NCBI GenBank assembly: GCA_014905635.1
Contig: JABVCE010000016.1
Location: 124,001 to 188,000, forward strand
Length of the DNA: 64,000 nt
Origin: Scenedesmus sp. PABB004
Taxonomy: Eukaryota
Direction: 5' to 3'
Positions 45,978 through 59,328 of this stretch are shown here, one piece after another. Made by a program: the position numbers and the translations under genes. Position 1 is the stretch's first letter, and each line of letters begins with the position of its first letter. Below the pieces are notes generated by a model. It saw nothing but the letters and a program-made list of their open reading frames with translations. It did not search any database and was not told where the DNA came from.

Positions 45978-48900
45978 ATGAGCGTGCTGAACGTCAACGT
46001 GGGCGTGCTGGGGCACGTCGACTGCGGCAAGACGAGCCTGGGTGCGCAGCAGCGGCGGTGGCGGCAGCGCCGCCGCGGCGCGGCCCGGCTCCTCCGAGCC
46101 GCGCTGGCAGCTCTGCGGCGCGTCGAGCCCCGCCACGCGCCCCCGACGCGCCGGCGCAGTGGCCGTGCTGTCGAGCACGCTGTCGACGGCGGCGCTGGAC
46201 AAACACCCGCAGAGCCGGGAGCGCGGCATCACGCTGGACCTGGGCTTCTCCTCGTTCACGGTGCGGTGCCCAGGACTCGGCCCATGAGCAGCAGCAACAG
46301 CCGCCGCGCGGCGGGCGCCGCCGCTGGCTCACGCTGCGCTCGGTGCCGGCCGTGCACGCGCGGCCGCGCAGGTGCCGATGCCGCTGCGCCTGGCGGCCGC
46401 GGGGGCGGCCGAGTCGGAGCTGCAGTTCACGCTCGTGGACTGCCCAGGGCACGCGAGCCTCATCCGCACCATCCTCGGCGGCGCGGCGATCATCGACACA
46501 ATGGTCCTCGTCATCGACGTCACCAAAGGTCGGCCGCGGGCGGCGGCGGCGGGCCCGCCGACCTCACACGCACGCGGCGCGGGCGGGAGGGCGCCCGCGC
46601 CTGCGCCCACGCCCGCGGGCCCGCCTGCAGGCTTCCAGGCCCAGACCGCGGAGTGCCTGGTCGTCGGCGAGATCGCGGCGCGGGAGCTTGTGGTCGCGCT
46701 GAACAAGGTGGACCTGCTGCCAGAGGTGAGGCGAGGACGCGCGTGCTGCCGCGGCCTACACGCCCCGGCCGCACGCGCGCAAGGGCCGCCGCGTCCACCG
46801 CCGCGCGCGCCGGCGCCGGCGCGCAGGCGGTGCGGTCCAAGGGCGTCAAGCGCGCGACGCGCCTCGTGCGCGAGGCGCTCGCGGCCACCAAGTTTGCGGG
46901 CGCCGCGGTCATTCCAGTCAGCGCAAAGCCCGGTGCGTCACGCTGGCCGCGCTGGCCGGGCTGCAGGGCGCCGCGGCGCTCGCGGCTGCGGGCGGGCAGC
47001 TGCGCCGTTGCCGGCCCGCCGACACCGCCCGCCCGCCCGCCCGCCGCCCGCCCGCCCGCCCGCCCGCCCGCCCGCCCCGCCCGCCCGCCCGCCCGCCGCC
47101 CGCCCGCCGCCCCGCCCGCCCGCCCGCCCGCCCGCCCGCCCGCCCGCCCGCCCCGCCCGCCCGCCCGCCCGCCGCCCGCCCGCCGCCCGCCCGCCCGCCC
47201 GCCGCCGCCCGCCGCCCGCCCGCCCGCCCGCCCGCCCGCCCGCCCGCCGCCCGCCCGCCCGCCGCCCGCCCGCCCGCCCGCCCGCCCGCCCGCCCGCCGC
47301 CCGCCCGCCCGCCCGCCCGCCCGCCCGCCCCGCCCGCCCGCCCGCCCGCCGCCCGCCCGCCCGCCGCCCGCCGCCCGCCCGCCGCAGAGCCGCTGGGCGT
47401 GGAGGAGCTCAAGGGCTGGCTGGTCGACAGCGCGGTGCAGCGCCTCACCGCAAAGGCCGGCGAGGCGGCGGCTGGCGGGCCGTCGGGCGCGGCGGGTGCG
47501 GCCGCGGCGCCGCCCTTTCTCTTTGCCATTGATCACTGCTTCGCGGTCAAGGGCCAGGGCACGGTGCTCACCGGCACAGTGCTGCAGGTGCGCCCTGCAC
47601 GCGGCCTGGTGCGTCTGCCGGCACGGCCGCCGCCGTGCGCGCCGAGAGGGCGGGCGCCGCCGCCGCGCCGGCGCGCGCAGGGCGGCTGCCGCGTGGGCGA
47701 GACGGTGGAGCTCCCTGCGCTTAAGCTGCGGCGGGCGGTCAAGGGCATGCAGATGTTTCGCCGCCCCGTGGAGGCCGTGCGCCGCGGCGACCGCGCCGCG
47801 CTGTGCGTCACGCAGCTCGACCCGGGCGCCATCGAGCGCGGCCTCGCGGCGGCGCCGGGCGCGGTGCCGACGTTTGCCGCCGCCGTCGCCGCGGTCGACA
47901 AGGCGCGCCGCCGCGCCGCCGCGCCGCCTCGCCACGCCTTGCCCCCTGCCGCCGTGGCCGCCGTGGGCCCCTGCCTGCCGCGCGCCCTCCCCGCCCCCTC
48001 GTGCGCCCTGCCCTGTGCCCTGTGCCCTGACCCGCGCCGGGCCCCCTGATCCCTCCCAGGTGCGCTTCTATGCCGCCGCCGTGCCCAGTCGGTCAAAGTT
48101 CCACGTCAGCATCGGCCACGCGACCGTCATGGCGGAGGCGCTCTTCTTCGGCCTGCCCGACGCCCCCGGCGGCGCCAGCCAAGCGGGTGCGGGCGCGGCG
48201 CTGCGGGCGGCCCACGCGTGCGCGCACGCGGCCGGCGGCGGCGCGCGCCGCCCACGCGCGTGCTGCACCCGCCGCCGCTCGCTGGCCTGCCCGCAGACGC
48301 GCTGCGGCTGATGGTCGAGGCGCTGGCGCGCACGTCGCTGCACGGCGCGCCGGCGCCGGCTTTTGACTTTGGCGCAGAATACCTCGCCCAGGACGCGCTG
48401 CACGGCCTCGAGGGCCGCCCGCTCGCGGCGCCGGCGCCGGCTGGCGCGCGCGACGGCGCGCACCACGGCCCGCAGTGGGCGCTGCTGCGCTTCGAGCAGC
48501 CCGTCACCGCGCCGCTGGTGCGCGTGCGCGCGGGCGGGCGGGCGGGCAGCTTGCGCGCGCGCGAGAGAGAGAGCGCGACCTCGCCGCGGCGGCTGTTGCT
48601 CAACCCCCCGCGCGCGGCCGCCGCCGCGCCGGCGCCGCTGCTGCTTGCAGGACAGCGTGATCGTCGGCGCGCGGCTCGACGCCGACAGCGGCGGCGACGC
48701 GTGCCGGCTCGCCTTCTATGGCCGACTCGCGGCGGGCCTCGGCGACGGCGGGCCGGCCGAGCTGCGGCGGCTCCGCGTGTTCAAGGTGTTCGCCCGCGCC
48801 CGCAGCCGCCGCCGCCGTCGCCGCAGCCTGGCGAGCCCCCACCCCTCTGCCCCGCACGCCCGTCCCCGACGCGCGCCCGCTCGCGCGCCGCCGCGCCGCC

Positions 48901-49222
48901 GCTGCCGTGGCGGGCGGCGCAGGTGAAGGAGCGCGTCGGCAGCATCTCCCGCCCGTCGCCCGACGGCGGCTCGGCGATCGCGGGCGGGCTGTTCAAGCGC
49001 GAGACCGACCTGAGCGTCTTTGCCGGCGCGGCCGTGACGACGGGCGCGGGCGAGCGCGGCGTCGTGTGCGGGCGGTTTGGCACGTCGGGCAAGGTCCGGG
49101 TCGACTTCCCGCCCCCGGGGCTGCGCGGCGAGCCGCCGCCGCGCAGCGCGGCCGACAACGTGCTGCGCCTCGCCTACAAGCGCTTCCTGTTTGAGCCCGA
49201 CCGCCATGCGATCCGGCAGTGA
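45978..49222 (+). CDS. EEFSEC: Selenocysteine-specific elongation factor eEFSec
   Basis: NVNVGVLGHVDCGKTSL, DKHPQSRERGITLDLGFSSF, LVDCPGHASLIRTILGGAAIID, QTAECLVVGE, NKVD, AIDHCFAVKGQGTVLTGT, CRLAFYG, FGTSGK. Confidence 0.95.
47025..47385 (+). repeat. Degenerate (CCGC/CCG)n low-complexity array in an eEFSec intron
   Basis: About 360 bp of only C and G, ending at a CAG acceptor. Confidence 0.9.
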
Positions 49223-49825
49223 GAGAGAGAGGCCAGCGGCCCCTCTCCCTCTCTCTTGCGCCCGGCGGCGCGGAGGGTCTCGCCTCGCCTCGCCTCGCGC
49301 GCCGGACGAGGCCGAGGCGCGTGTGTGGGCAGCCGCCAGGTGCGGCGGCGGGACTGGCCGCCCTGACTGCGTGGCTGGCTGGCCGGCTGGCCGCCGGCGA
49401 GCTGCTGACGACGCACCGGCGCTGCCGCCCGCAGGCGGTGTGGTCGGTCCAGGCGCCGCAGCTGCAAGAGTGCTGCGCGCGAAGTGGGCCCGGCGCGGCC
49501 GGCGGCAGCCGTTTGCCCGTGCCTGGCTGAGCGGCAGTTCGGCCCCACGGTCTGGCTCGTGCGGGCAACCGCCGCTGTCAGTGACGCCGCGCCGCACAGC
49601 CGTGCGCGCCGCTCGTCTGGACACAGTCAGACATCCACCCCTGCCTGCGACCGGACGACACCTCCCGCGCTCGCTCCCGCGCGCCCGGGCCGCCTGTGCA
49701 GGACGAGCAGCGGCGACGGCGCCGTGATTGCTGCGCTCGCCGGGCCGCAGCGCGCCACCTGATCGCTCGCAGCGCTCTCCCTGATCGCTCGCAGCGTGCG
49801 CTCCGTCGTCCCTCCCGAGCACGCC

Positions 49826-52800
49826 ATGGAGGAGCCGCCCGACGAGAGCGGCGGCGGCGACGCGCCGGCGCAGCAGCAGGCGTTTGCGCTCACCAAGGAG
49901 CTGGCGCTGTCGTCGGACCTGCGGCTCGCGCTGTGGTGCCCCACCATGGACCTCTGCGCCGTCGTCGCCGCGGACGGCCAGCTCCGCCTGCACCGCATGG
50001 ACTGGCAGCAGCTCTGGGCGACGGCGCCCGAGTCGCCCGTGACTGCCCTCGCGTGGCGCCCCGACGGCAAGGCGCTCGCGGCGGGCCACGCCGGCGGCGG
50101 GCTGTCGATCGTCGACGTCGAGACCGGCGACGTGACGGCGGAGCACGCGGTGCACTACGCGTCGATCGCCGCGCTGAGCTGGTCCGACCAGCACGCGCCG
50201 CCGCAGGCGGGCGAGCAGCAGCAGCGGCAGCCCGACGGAGGCGCCGCCGCGGGCGGCGGGGGCCTGCTGCCGCAGGCGGGCGTCGCGCCGCACCAGCGCT
50301 ACCGGCGGCTCTTTGTGCCGCCCGTCACCGAGCCGCACCCGCCGAGCAGCACCGAGCCGCCGCCCGACCCCTATGACCTGGCCATGGAGGCAGCGGGCAC
50401 GGCGGCGTGGCCCGCGGAGCGGCCCTGCCTCAGCCTGCTCGCCGCCGCCGACGCGCGCGGCCACGTGAGCCTGTGGCTCCAGGGCGAGGTGCAGGTGGCG
50501 GAGCTCGCCGGCGGGCTCGCGCCGCCTGGTGGCGGCGGCGGCGACGGCGAGGCGCAGCAGGGGGAGGAGGAGGAGGAGGAGGAGGAGCCGTACAAGCTGC
50601 TGCACGTGCGTGCTGCGCGCCGCGGCAGCAGCGCCAGCCGCGGCGGCGGCAGGCGAGCGCTCGGCTGCAGCGCGCAGCGCGCCGTGCGCGCTGCGCGGCG
50701 GCGCCTGACCGCTGCGCACACGCACCCGCGCAGGTGACGGCGAGCGCGGGGCTCGACCAGCTGATCACCGTGCACGCCTCGCCGTCGGGTGCGGGAGGGC
50801 GTGGTCAGGGGGCGGCGTCCTGCTGCGGGCGGGCGCGCCGGCCCCGGCTGACCGCCGCCGCCGCTGATGCCCGCCCGCCCGCGCGCACCGCCGAGCGCCC
50901 CGCAGGCGGTGTGGCGCTCGCGTCGCACAGCCTGGCACTGCTGCGCGTGCACCAGGAGCCGCTGCAGCAGTGTACGGCGCTGTTCAGCCAGCTGCAGGCC
51001 TTGCTCAAGGGTGCGCGAGCGCGCGGCCGCACAGACGTCACCCGTGTGCCTGCTGCCGCCGCCACCGCCGGGCCCACCGGCCGCGCCGCCGCACCGCCGT
51101 GACCGCGCAGCCGCGGTGAAGGGCGTCGAGGTCGCCTCCCAGGACTGGGCCGGCGCCATGGCCGACTTTCGCAAGCGCTTCGACGCGCAGCTGCGCCAGG
51201 AGCTCGCCGACCACGGCTCGACCATCACAGGTCCGCCGCGCCGCCGCCAGCGGCGGGGCAGCGCCGCGCGCCGCGCGCCGCGCGCCGCGCGTTGCGCAGC
51301 CGCAGCCGCCCACGCCGCCGCCGCCGGCCGCCTGGCGTCTGCCGCGGAGCAGTCCCGCAGCAGGAGCTGGTGCTGCTGCTCGCGACGGGCTGCCCCACGC
51401 CGCCGATGCAGACCTTCCTCGCGAGCACGCTCGGCGAGGCGGGGCTGCGCCGCCTCGCGCGCGCGCTCGACGCGACCGCGGGCGGCCTGCACACCGCGCT
51501 GCTCGAGCGGCTCATGCCCCTCACCGAGCTGGCGCTCTTCCTGCTCGGCGAGCTGCGCGGCTGCGTCACCGCGCAGCAGGACGGCGGCGGTGGCGGCGGC
51601 GGCGGCGGCGGCGACGGCAGCGGCAGCAGCAGCATGGCCGGCGGCGGCTGGCTGGGGCTGGCGGCGCCGGCGCTGCGCGCGCTCGAGCTCAACGCCGCGG
51701 CGCTGCTGCTGCGCGTGGAGCAGCTGCGCCGCGCGGTCACCGGCGTCGCGTGCGGCTACCGCGCGTTTTTCAGCTGGCTGCTGCGCACGCTGCGCACGCT
51801 CGACGGCGGCGGCGACGGCGGCGGCGACGTCGGGCTCGGCGGCGACGCGGGCACGCCGCTGCCGCAGGCGCAGGAGGTGCTGGCCTTCCTGAGGGGACAG
51901 TTTGCCGCCGACGTGATCGGCCCCGAGCTCACGGTGCGGCGGCGCGGGCGCGCCGCTCGCGCACGGCTCCGCGTGCGCGTGGCCCCCCGTGCCGGGAGGA
52001 CACCGCGCGGCGCCCGCCCGCCCGCGCGCCCGCGTGCCGCCGCGCGCAGGGCGCGCCGCTGAGCCCCGGGGCGCGCGCCGCGGCGGAGGCCGCACTCTAC
52101 CCAGGCATCCCCCGACCGAGGCGCACGAGCTGCTCGCGCTGCTCTTGCTGCCCCAGGGCGACCTGCACGGCGGCGGCGTCGGCGCGCACGGCGAGGCGTG
52201 CGGGCCGGGCGCCGCGGCGCTCGCGGCGGCGGCGGAGGCGTGCGGCCGCCCGCTCGCGGCGCAGCTCGCCGCGCTCGCGGGCATGTGCGAGGAGGCGTTT
52301 GAGGCGCCGGCGATGGCGATCAGCCCGGCCATCGCGGCGCAGACGGGGCGGCTGCAGCTCGTGCCGGCGCGGCCGGCGCGCGGCGCAGCGGCGGCGCCGG
52401 CAGCGGCGGCGGCGGCGCAGGCCGTGGCGGTGGGCCCGCCGGTGCTGCAGCCGGCGCGCTGCCGGGACCTGCACGTCTACGTCTGCTGCGCCCTGCCCGC
52501 TGCCGGCGGTGGCGGCGGTGGCGGCGCGCAGCAGCTGCTGCTCGTGCGCCTCCCGCCCGACTCGCTGGCGCCGCAACTTGGGCAGGGACAGGAGGAGCAG
52601 GGGCTGCTGGCGCCGCGGCACTCGCCGCCGCCGCCGCGGCCGCTGGCGGCGGACGCGCTGCTGCTGGAGCTGCCGCGCGGCGAGGCCGCGCTCGCGTGGG
52701 CGGCGTACCAGGGGGAGCAGCTCGCGCTGCTCACGCACGACCGCGGCGGCGGCGGCGACGCCGGCCTCAGCGGCAGCAGCCTGCAGCTGCTGGAGCTCGC

Positions 52801-53077
52801 GGCCGCGCCCTGGGCGGCGCTGCCGGCGGGCGCGCTCGGGCGCGGCGGCGCGGCGGCGGCGGCGGCGGCCGCCGGCGCGGTCGTCGCAGCGGCCGACCTG
52901 CCGCGCCGCGCGCGGCGCTTCGCGCACGCCGCGACGGGGCAGCTCGCGGTGAGCCGGACGCGCGGCCTCGCCGCGGTGGTGAGCGAGCTGCAGCACCTGC
53001 TGCTGCTGGACCTGGAGGAGGACGAGGAGGGCGGCGGCAGCGAGGAGGGCAGCGGCGACGAGCGCATGAGCGAGTGA
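49826..53077 (+). CDS. APC4: Anaphase-promoting complex subunit 4; apparent 1-bp frameshift at 52109-52113
   Basis: WCPTMDLCAV...LHRMDWQQLW...VTALAWRPDGKALAAG (APC4 N-terminal WD40), ELVLLLATG..FL..TLGEAGLRRL, YRAFFSWL, LAVSRTRGLAAV..LLDLEEDE. Confidence 0.9.
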
Positions 53078-53485
53078 GCGAGTGAGCGCCAGCCGGGCGC
53101 GAGGCGGCCGCGAGCGGCGGCGTGGGCGCCGTCCTGCCTGTTACTCCCGTGCGCTCCCTCCCTCGTGCGTGCGACCGATTGCGGCCGCGCGCGCGCGGCC
53201 GCGCGCCCGCCGCCGCCGCCGACACACGCATGCGCGCGGAGGGCGGCTGCTGCGGCCCAACGGCCCTGCCCCGGTGTGGCAGCAAAAGCGCAGGGAGGCT
53301 ACGGAGCCTCCGCCGCCGGTCGCACGTGACGTGTGCGTGAGGATTGGGTTCCGCTCCCTCTGCTTGTGCCCCCCCCCTCCGCGCCACGGGCCATCGTTTC
53401 AGCCCGCGGCGGCGCGCCCGCGGGGGCCCCGCCGCGCCCGCGCCGCCGCGGCCGGCGCCGCGGCGCCGCCCGCCCGGGCCGCCGC

Positions 53486-55299
53486 TCACGCCGCGGCGGC
53501 CTTCTTCTTGGCCGCCGCCGCCGCCGCCTCGCCCGCCTCCACCTTGGCGTACAGCGCGTCAATCTTGGCCTGAGGCGGGGGACGGCGGCGGGGTGTGAGC
53601 GCAGGGTGAGGATGAGGTGTGGGCGCAGAGGTGTGAGCGCAGGCGTGCCGCACAGCGGGCGCGCCCCCGCTCCCGCGCCGCCCCCGCTCCAGCGACGCCC
53701 CGCCGCTCGCGCTGCCGCGCCGCGCCGCGCCGCTGCCGCCCCCTCGCCCTGCCGCGCCGCGCGGCGCGCCTGGTAGCGCTTCTGCAGCTGCGGGCGCTTG
53801 AACTTGAACGTCGGCGTGAGGCAGTCGTTGTCGACGCTGAACTGCTCCGGCTCGAGCAGCAGGCCCTTGATCGCCTCAAAGCCCTTGGTGCCGTTCGCGC
53901 GGCCGACCGCCGTGAGCTCGCCGAGCACCCACGCCTCGGCGGCCGGGTCGGCGCAGAGCTCCGCGACGGTGCCTGGCGGCGGCGGGCGGCGCGGCGCGGC
54001 GCGGCGCGGGGCGGCGGCGGGCGGCGTGGGGCGCCGGCGCCGGCGCCGGACCGCGCGCCGCGCCGCGGGGCGGGCCCACGCCGTGCTGCGCGGCGCTCCG
54101 CTGCGGCGCGTGCGGCCGGGTCTCGCTCGCTCGCGCGCTCACCGGTCTTGCCGTTGGCGCGCGCCCAGTCCTGCAGCGCGTCCTCCTTGGGCACCACCAC
54201 TGCGACGAGGCTGGGCTTGAAGCTGTTGCCGTACACCCACACCTGCGTGTGGAGACGGGGGAGAGGGGGGGGGGGGTGAGGGCTGAGGGCGGCGCAGGCC
54301 GGGCGGGGCGCGGGCGCGCAGAGCGCCGCCGCGCGCCGCGCGCCGCGCGCCGCGTGCAGCGCCGCGCGCGCCTGCTCCACGGGCGCCGCCTTCTTGTAGA
54401 TGGCCTCCAGCTTCTCCACAGCGATGTACTCGCCCTGTGGGGGTTGTGTGTATGTGTATGTGTGTGTGGGGGGGGGGTGCGAGCGGGGAGCGTTGAGTGT
54501 GCGGGGCGTGGGTGTGAGCGTGGGTGTGAGCGGGGGAGCAGCTCTCCGCGCTGTTGGGCCGCCCGGCCCCAAAGCAAGAGCCCCCCGCGCGCCCGACGCC
54601 TCGCCTGGCTGAGCTTGAAGATGTTTTTCTTGCGGTCCACGATGCGCAGGCCGCCCTGCGGCGTGACCACGCCGATGTCGCCGGTGTGGAACCAGCCCTC
54701 CGCGTCCATCACCTCGGCTGTCTTCTCCGGCTGCGAGCGCGCGCATTGGGTGTTTTGAGGGGGGATTCGGGGAGGGGGGGGGCGTGTGAGTGTGTGCGGG
54801 TGCGAGCGTGCGTGTGCGTGGGTGGGTGGGAGGGCGCGGCGGCGCCGGCGGCGCGCGCGGGCGTGGACGCGCGGGCGCTCCAGTTTGACTCGCTGCGCGT
54901 CACGCCCCCGCGCGCTGCCGGCACGCGGCGCTCGTGCAGTGCACGTCAGCCCGGGCGGGTCGCGGCGGAGCTTTGGTCCACGTGCCCGCCGGCGCCGCAC
55001 CCCGCCCGGCGCGCCGCGCCCCTCCCCCCGCACACCCACCCACACACCCACAACACCCACAACACAGCCCCCCCTTTCCCGCGCACCTGCTTGTAGTAGC
55101 CGCTGAAGAGCTGCGGGCCGCGCAGCAGCACCTCGCCCGCGGGCGCGGCGGCGTCGGTGGCATCGTAGTTCATCTCTGTGTGTGTGTGGGGGGGGGGGCG
55201 CGTGTGTGTGTGTGTGTGGGGGGGGGGGGGTGAGCGTGTGACTGTGTGTGTGTGCGAGAGAGAGGGAGAGAGAGGGAGGGAGGGAGGGAGAGAGAGGGA

Positions 55300-55358
<59 letters not shown>

Positions 55359-58300
55359 AGGGAGAGAGAGAGAGAGTCAGTGCGCCGCGCCGCGCCGCGC
55401 CGACGAGCGGCGGGCTGGCAGGGCTCAGGCGCTCGGCGGCCATGTGGAGGCATCCGTGAACCTCAGCCCTGCCAGCCGCCGCCCGGCGGCGCGGCGCCCC
55501 GCATCAGCGCGACCGCCCCGCGCCCCGCGCGCGCGGGCGGCGGCGCCGCCACGCGGCGCGCTCAGCGCCGGTCAAACGTCAACCAGAGCCGCCACGCGGC
55601 GCGCGCCACGCCGCGCCCGCCCTCGCGCCCGCCGCCGCCGCGGCGCACCCGGCACGCTCTCGAGGCGCAGCTCGGTGCAGGGCGTGGCGGGGCCGTTGGT
55701 CCCGTGCATGGCCCAGACGTCGGGCACGGCGATGCAGCTCGCGGCGCACGTCTCGGTCAGGCCGTAGCCCTGCGCGCGCACGGGTGCGCGCGTGGGGCGT
55801 GTGGCGTGCGAGCGCACACCTCTGACACAGACGCAGACGCACAAAACAAAACAAAACCAAAACCGCCCAAAAACCGCGCAGCACCTCGCAAAACCCCGCC
55901 GCCGGCCGCCGCACCTGCACCACGGGCGCGCACATCGCGACCTTCAGAAACTCCTCCACGTGCGGCGCGAGCGGCGCGCCGCCGCTCACGATGAGCCGCA
56001 CGCAGCCGCCGAGGCGCGTCTTGACCTTGGAGAAGACGAGGCGGTCAAAGAACGGCGCCGCCTGGCAGGTTGGCGGGGTTTAGGGGCGGGGTGAGGGACG
56101 AGGGTTTAGGGGCGGGCGAGGGGGGAGGGCCTAGAGGGAGTGTGGCGGGAGGGAGGCGCGGGGCCGAGGGGGGGGAGGCCGGGGCAGGGGCGGCCGCGGG
56201 CGGCCGCGGCGGGCGCGCGGCGGTCGCACGCCGGAACGCCCTGTCGGGCGTGTCCGCGTGGGACCGCCGCGCGCCCGTCGCGCCGCCCGCAGCGCCATGC
56301 CCTTCGCGCCCGCTGCGCCCCACACGCGCCACCCACCCCCCACCAACCCCACGCCCACGGCCCCCCTTGGCGCCCCCGCGCGCCTTGTCCTGGGGCACGC
56401 CCTGCTTGAGGTAGAAGAGCTTGCGCGCGGCGCCCCAGTTGAAGAGCAGCTTCTTCACGCCGCCCGCCTCGTTGATCTGCGGCACGCGCACGTCAGGGGG
56501 TGAGCGGCAGCGGCGGAGCGCCGCCGGCGACGGAGGGTCAGGGACGAGGGCCGGCGGCAGCGCGACGGCAGAGACGGCGCCGCGCGTCCAAACAACAACA
56601 AAAGCAGCGCCGCGTGGCGCGCCTGGTCCGTGACGCGCGAGTAGATGCGGTCAAAGACGCGCGGCACGCCGATGAAGAGCGTCGGGCGCAGCGCGCCGAT
56701 GTCGTCCACGAGCGTCGCGACGCTGCCCTGCCAGTACCCGATCGCGCCGCCGACGGCAATCAGCATCTCCTCCGCCGTGCTGCGCGGCGCGGGGAGTGGG
56801 AGGTGTGTGGGGGTGGGGGAGGATGCGGGTGCGTGTGGGGCGCGGCGGGTTTGGACAGGCAGGGAGAGAAAGGGGCGGAGCGAGCGCGGCCGGCGTCGAG
56901 CTCCCCCGCGACACCTAAGCATGGGGCCTGCCAGCAGCGTGCTCTCGCAGGCAGGCGGCATGCTAAGGTGTCACGTGGGGCCCGACACCGGCCGCGCCCC
57001 GCGCGCCGCGCCGCGCCGCGCCGCGCGACCGCCGCGCGCGCGCGGCCGGCGCTGCCAGCTGCCACGTGACGCTGGGCCAGCGGGAGCGCGACAGCACGCA
57101 GCGCCGGCCGCGCGCGTTCGGCGCCGGCGGGTCGGGCAGCGGCCCATGTGGGTCGCGCGGGTCAGCGCGCGCACCGGTCAAAGATGTGCGCGAGGGGCAG
57201 GTAGGAGAGCATGGAGTCGCCCACGCCGATCGACTTGTCCGCCACCTCGGCCAGGAAGGCCAGCAGGCTCGCGACCGTCGCGACGACCGCGCTGTGGCGC
57301 AGCAGCACGCCCTTGGGGTCGCCTGCGCGGCCGTGCGGGCACCACGTGGCGCGCGCGCGCGCGCGTGTGAGCGGCGGCGGGCGGCCGGGCGCGGCCGGGC
57401 GCGGCCGGGCGCAGCCGGGCGCCGGCGCGGCGGGCCGGCGCGAGAAAAACGACGCCGCCCCGCGCCCCGCCCCCCGGCGCGGCGCGCACCGGTGGTGCCG
57501 CTGGTGTACATGATGGTGCAGTAGTCCTCCGGCGCCGGCGCGACCGCGGGCGCCGGCGCCGCCTCGCCGGCCGCCGCGAGCGCCTCAAAGGTGAGCACCT
57601 CGACGCCGGCGCCCTTGAGCGCCTGCGGCGCGGGCGGGGCGGCCGCGCGCGGGCGGCGGCGCGGGCGGGGCGTGGGTGGCGGCGGCGGCGGCAGAGCCGG
57701 CAGGGCGCGGGCCGGGGCGACACGGGGGCGCGCGGCTGCGCGCGGGGCGCACCTCGACCGCGGCAGCGTTGGGCTTGCCCCAGGCGACGACGGTCTTGAA
57801 GCGCGCAGTGTCGATGCCGGCCGCCGCCTTGGCGAGCGGCGCGAGCTTGGCGCCGTCCGCAAACGCGACGACCGCCTCGCTGCGGCGGCGGCGGCGGCGT
57901 GGCGGCGGCGCGCGCGCGTGTGGGCGGGCGTGGGCGTGGCCAGCCGGCCGCACGCGGGCGGGGCGCAGCGGCGCGGCGGCGCGCGGCTGCCGCTGCGGCG
58001 ACGCGGGCCAGGGGCGAGCGTTTGGTTCGCCCGGACCCAGCGGAAGCGTGCCCGAGAGCCAAACGCTCGCCCCTGGCCCGCCCTCGCCCGCAGCCGCAGC
58101 TGCCTCATCGCTGCGCCGCACGCCGCCCTCGCCCCCGCCCCCACCCGCCCACGCCCACCCGCCCACGCCCCGCGCTGGCCCCTCTCTGCCCCGCGGCGCG
58201 CCACCTGTGCTCAATGATGAACTCGATCGCGTTCTCGCCCAGCGTGTCGTAGAGCGGGACGCACTGGTAGCTCATGCGGTTGCACGCCTGGCGCGGTGGC

Positions 58301-58902
58301 GGTGGTGCGCATGTTTGCAGGACAGCAGCGGCGCGCGGCGGGGGGGACGAGGGGCGCGCGCGAGCGTGGGCGGCGGCGCGAACAACAAGGCCTCGCGCGG
58401 CGCGGCGCCGCGGAGGTTGGGGCGGTTGCGCGGGAGCAGCAGCAGCGGCGGCGCGCTGCTCGCGGCGCGGCGCCACCGCGGCCGCCGCAGCCCCCGCGGC
58501 GCGCCTCGACGCCTGCGCGTGGCGGCGTCCCACCTGCATGGCGATCATCCACTCGGGGCAGTTCACGCCGTAGACGCCCACGCGCTGCCCCGGCTGCACG
58601 CCCAGGCCGGCGAGGCCCGAGGCCACCGCCTCCACGCGCGCCGCCGTCTGGGCGTAGGACAGCCATTCGTAGGGCCCGGGCTTGCCGTCCGCGCCGACCG
58701 GGCGCCAGCCGAGGAGCTTCTCGGCCCCAAACTTGCCCACGCTCGTCTGGAAGAGCTCGTAGAGCGTCTTGACGCCCCCCGGCGCCTCCGGGAAGCCGTC
58801 CTTTGCCACCACGTTGCGGTAGACGCGGCTGGCGCTGGGCGTGTCGCCGCTGGCGGGGCGCACCTCGCCCGTCGGCACCAGGTAGCTCGCCACGGGCGCC
58901 AT
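53486..58902 (-). CDS. Long-chain acyl-CoA synthetase (LACS)
   Basis: [92 protein letters not shown]. Confidence 0.96.
55176..55376. repeat. Compound (TG)n/poly-G/(AG)n microsatellite in a LACS intron
   Basis: Read directly. Confidence 0.9.
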
Positions 58903-59159
58903 GGCGGCGCTTTGGACGCGAGGCGGGGGTGTGAGGCAAACGCAGTGGCGGCGGGGGCAGGCGGGGCCCCAATTGGAGGCGCGCCCGGGCGCGTCGCCGC
59001 CGGCTTGGGCTTGGGCGGCTTAGGCTTGGGCTTGGCCGGTGGCTGCCGCGCTGCCTGCTCGTCCTGCAGCCGCGCCATCTGCTGCTGCACCGCGAGGCAC
59101 TGCGCCGCCGCCGCCGCCTCCTGCACGCGCGCTGCTCCTCTGCCAGCCGCTCCGCGCAC

Positions 59160-59296
59160 CGCGGCAGCAGCGCTAGCAGCAGCAGCAGCGGCGCCGGTGG
59201 CGCCGGCGGCGGCAGCAGCAGCAGCGGCGCCAGCAGCAGCGGTGCCGGCAGCGGCGGCGTGAGCGCGAGCAGCAGCGGCAGCGGCGGCGCGAGCTT

Positions 59297-59328
<32 letters not shown>

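Noticed and set aside
45978..49600. Selenoprotein or SECIS cluster around eEFSec
   Set aside because: No in-frame TGA in a conserved position and no convincing SECIS seen; eEFSec is expected in green algae
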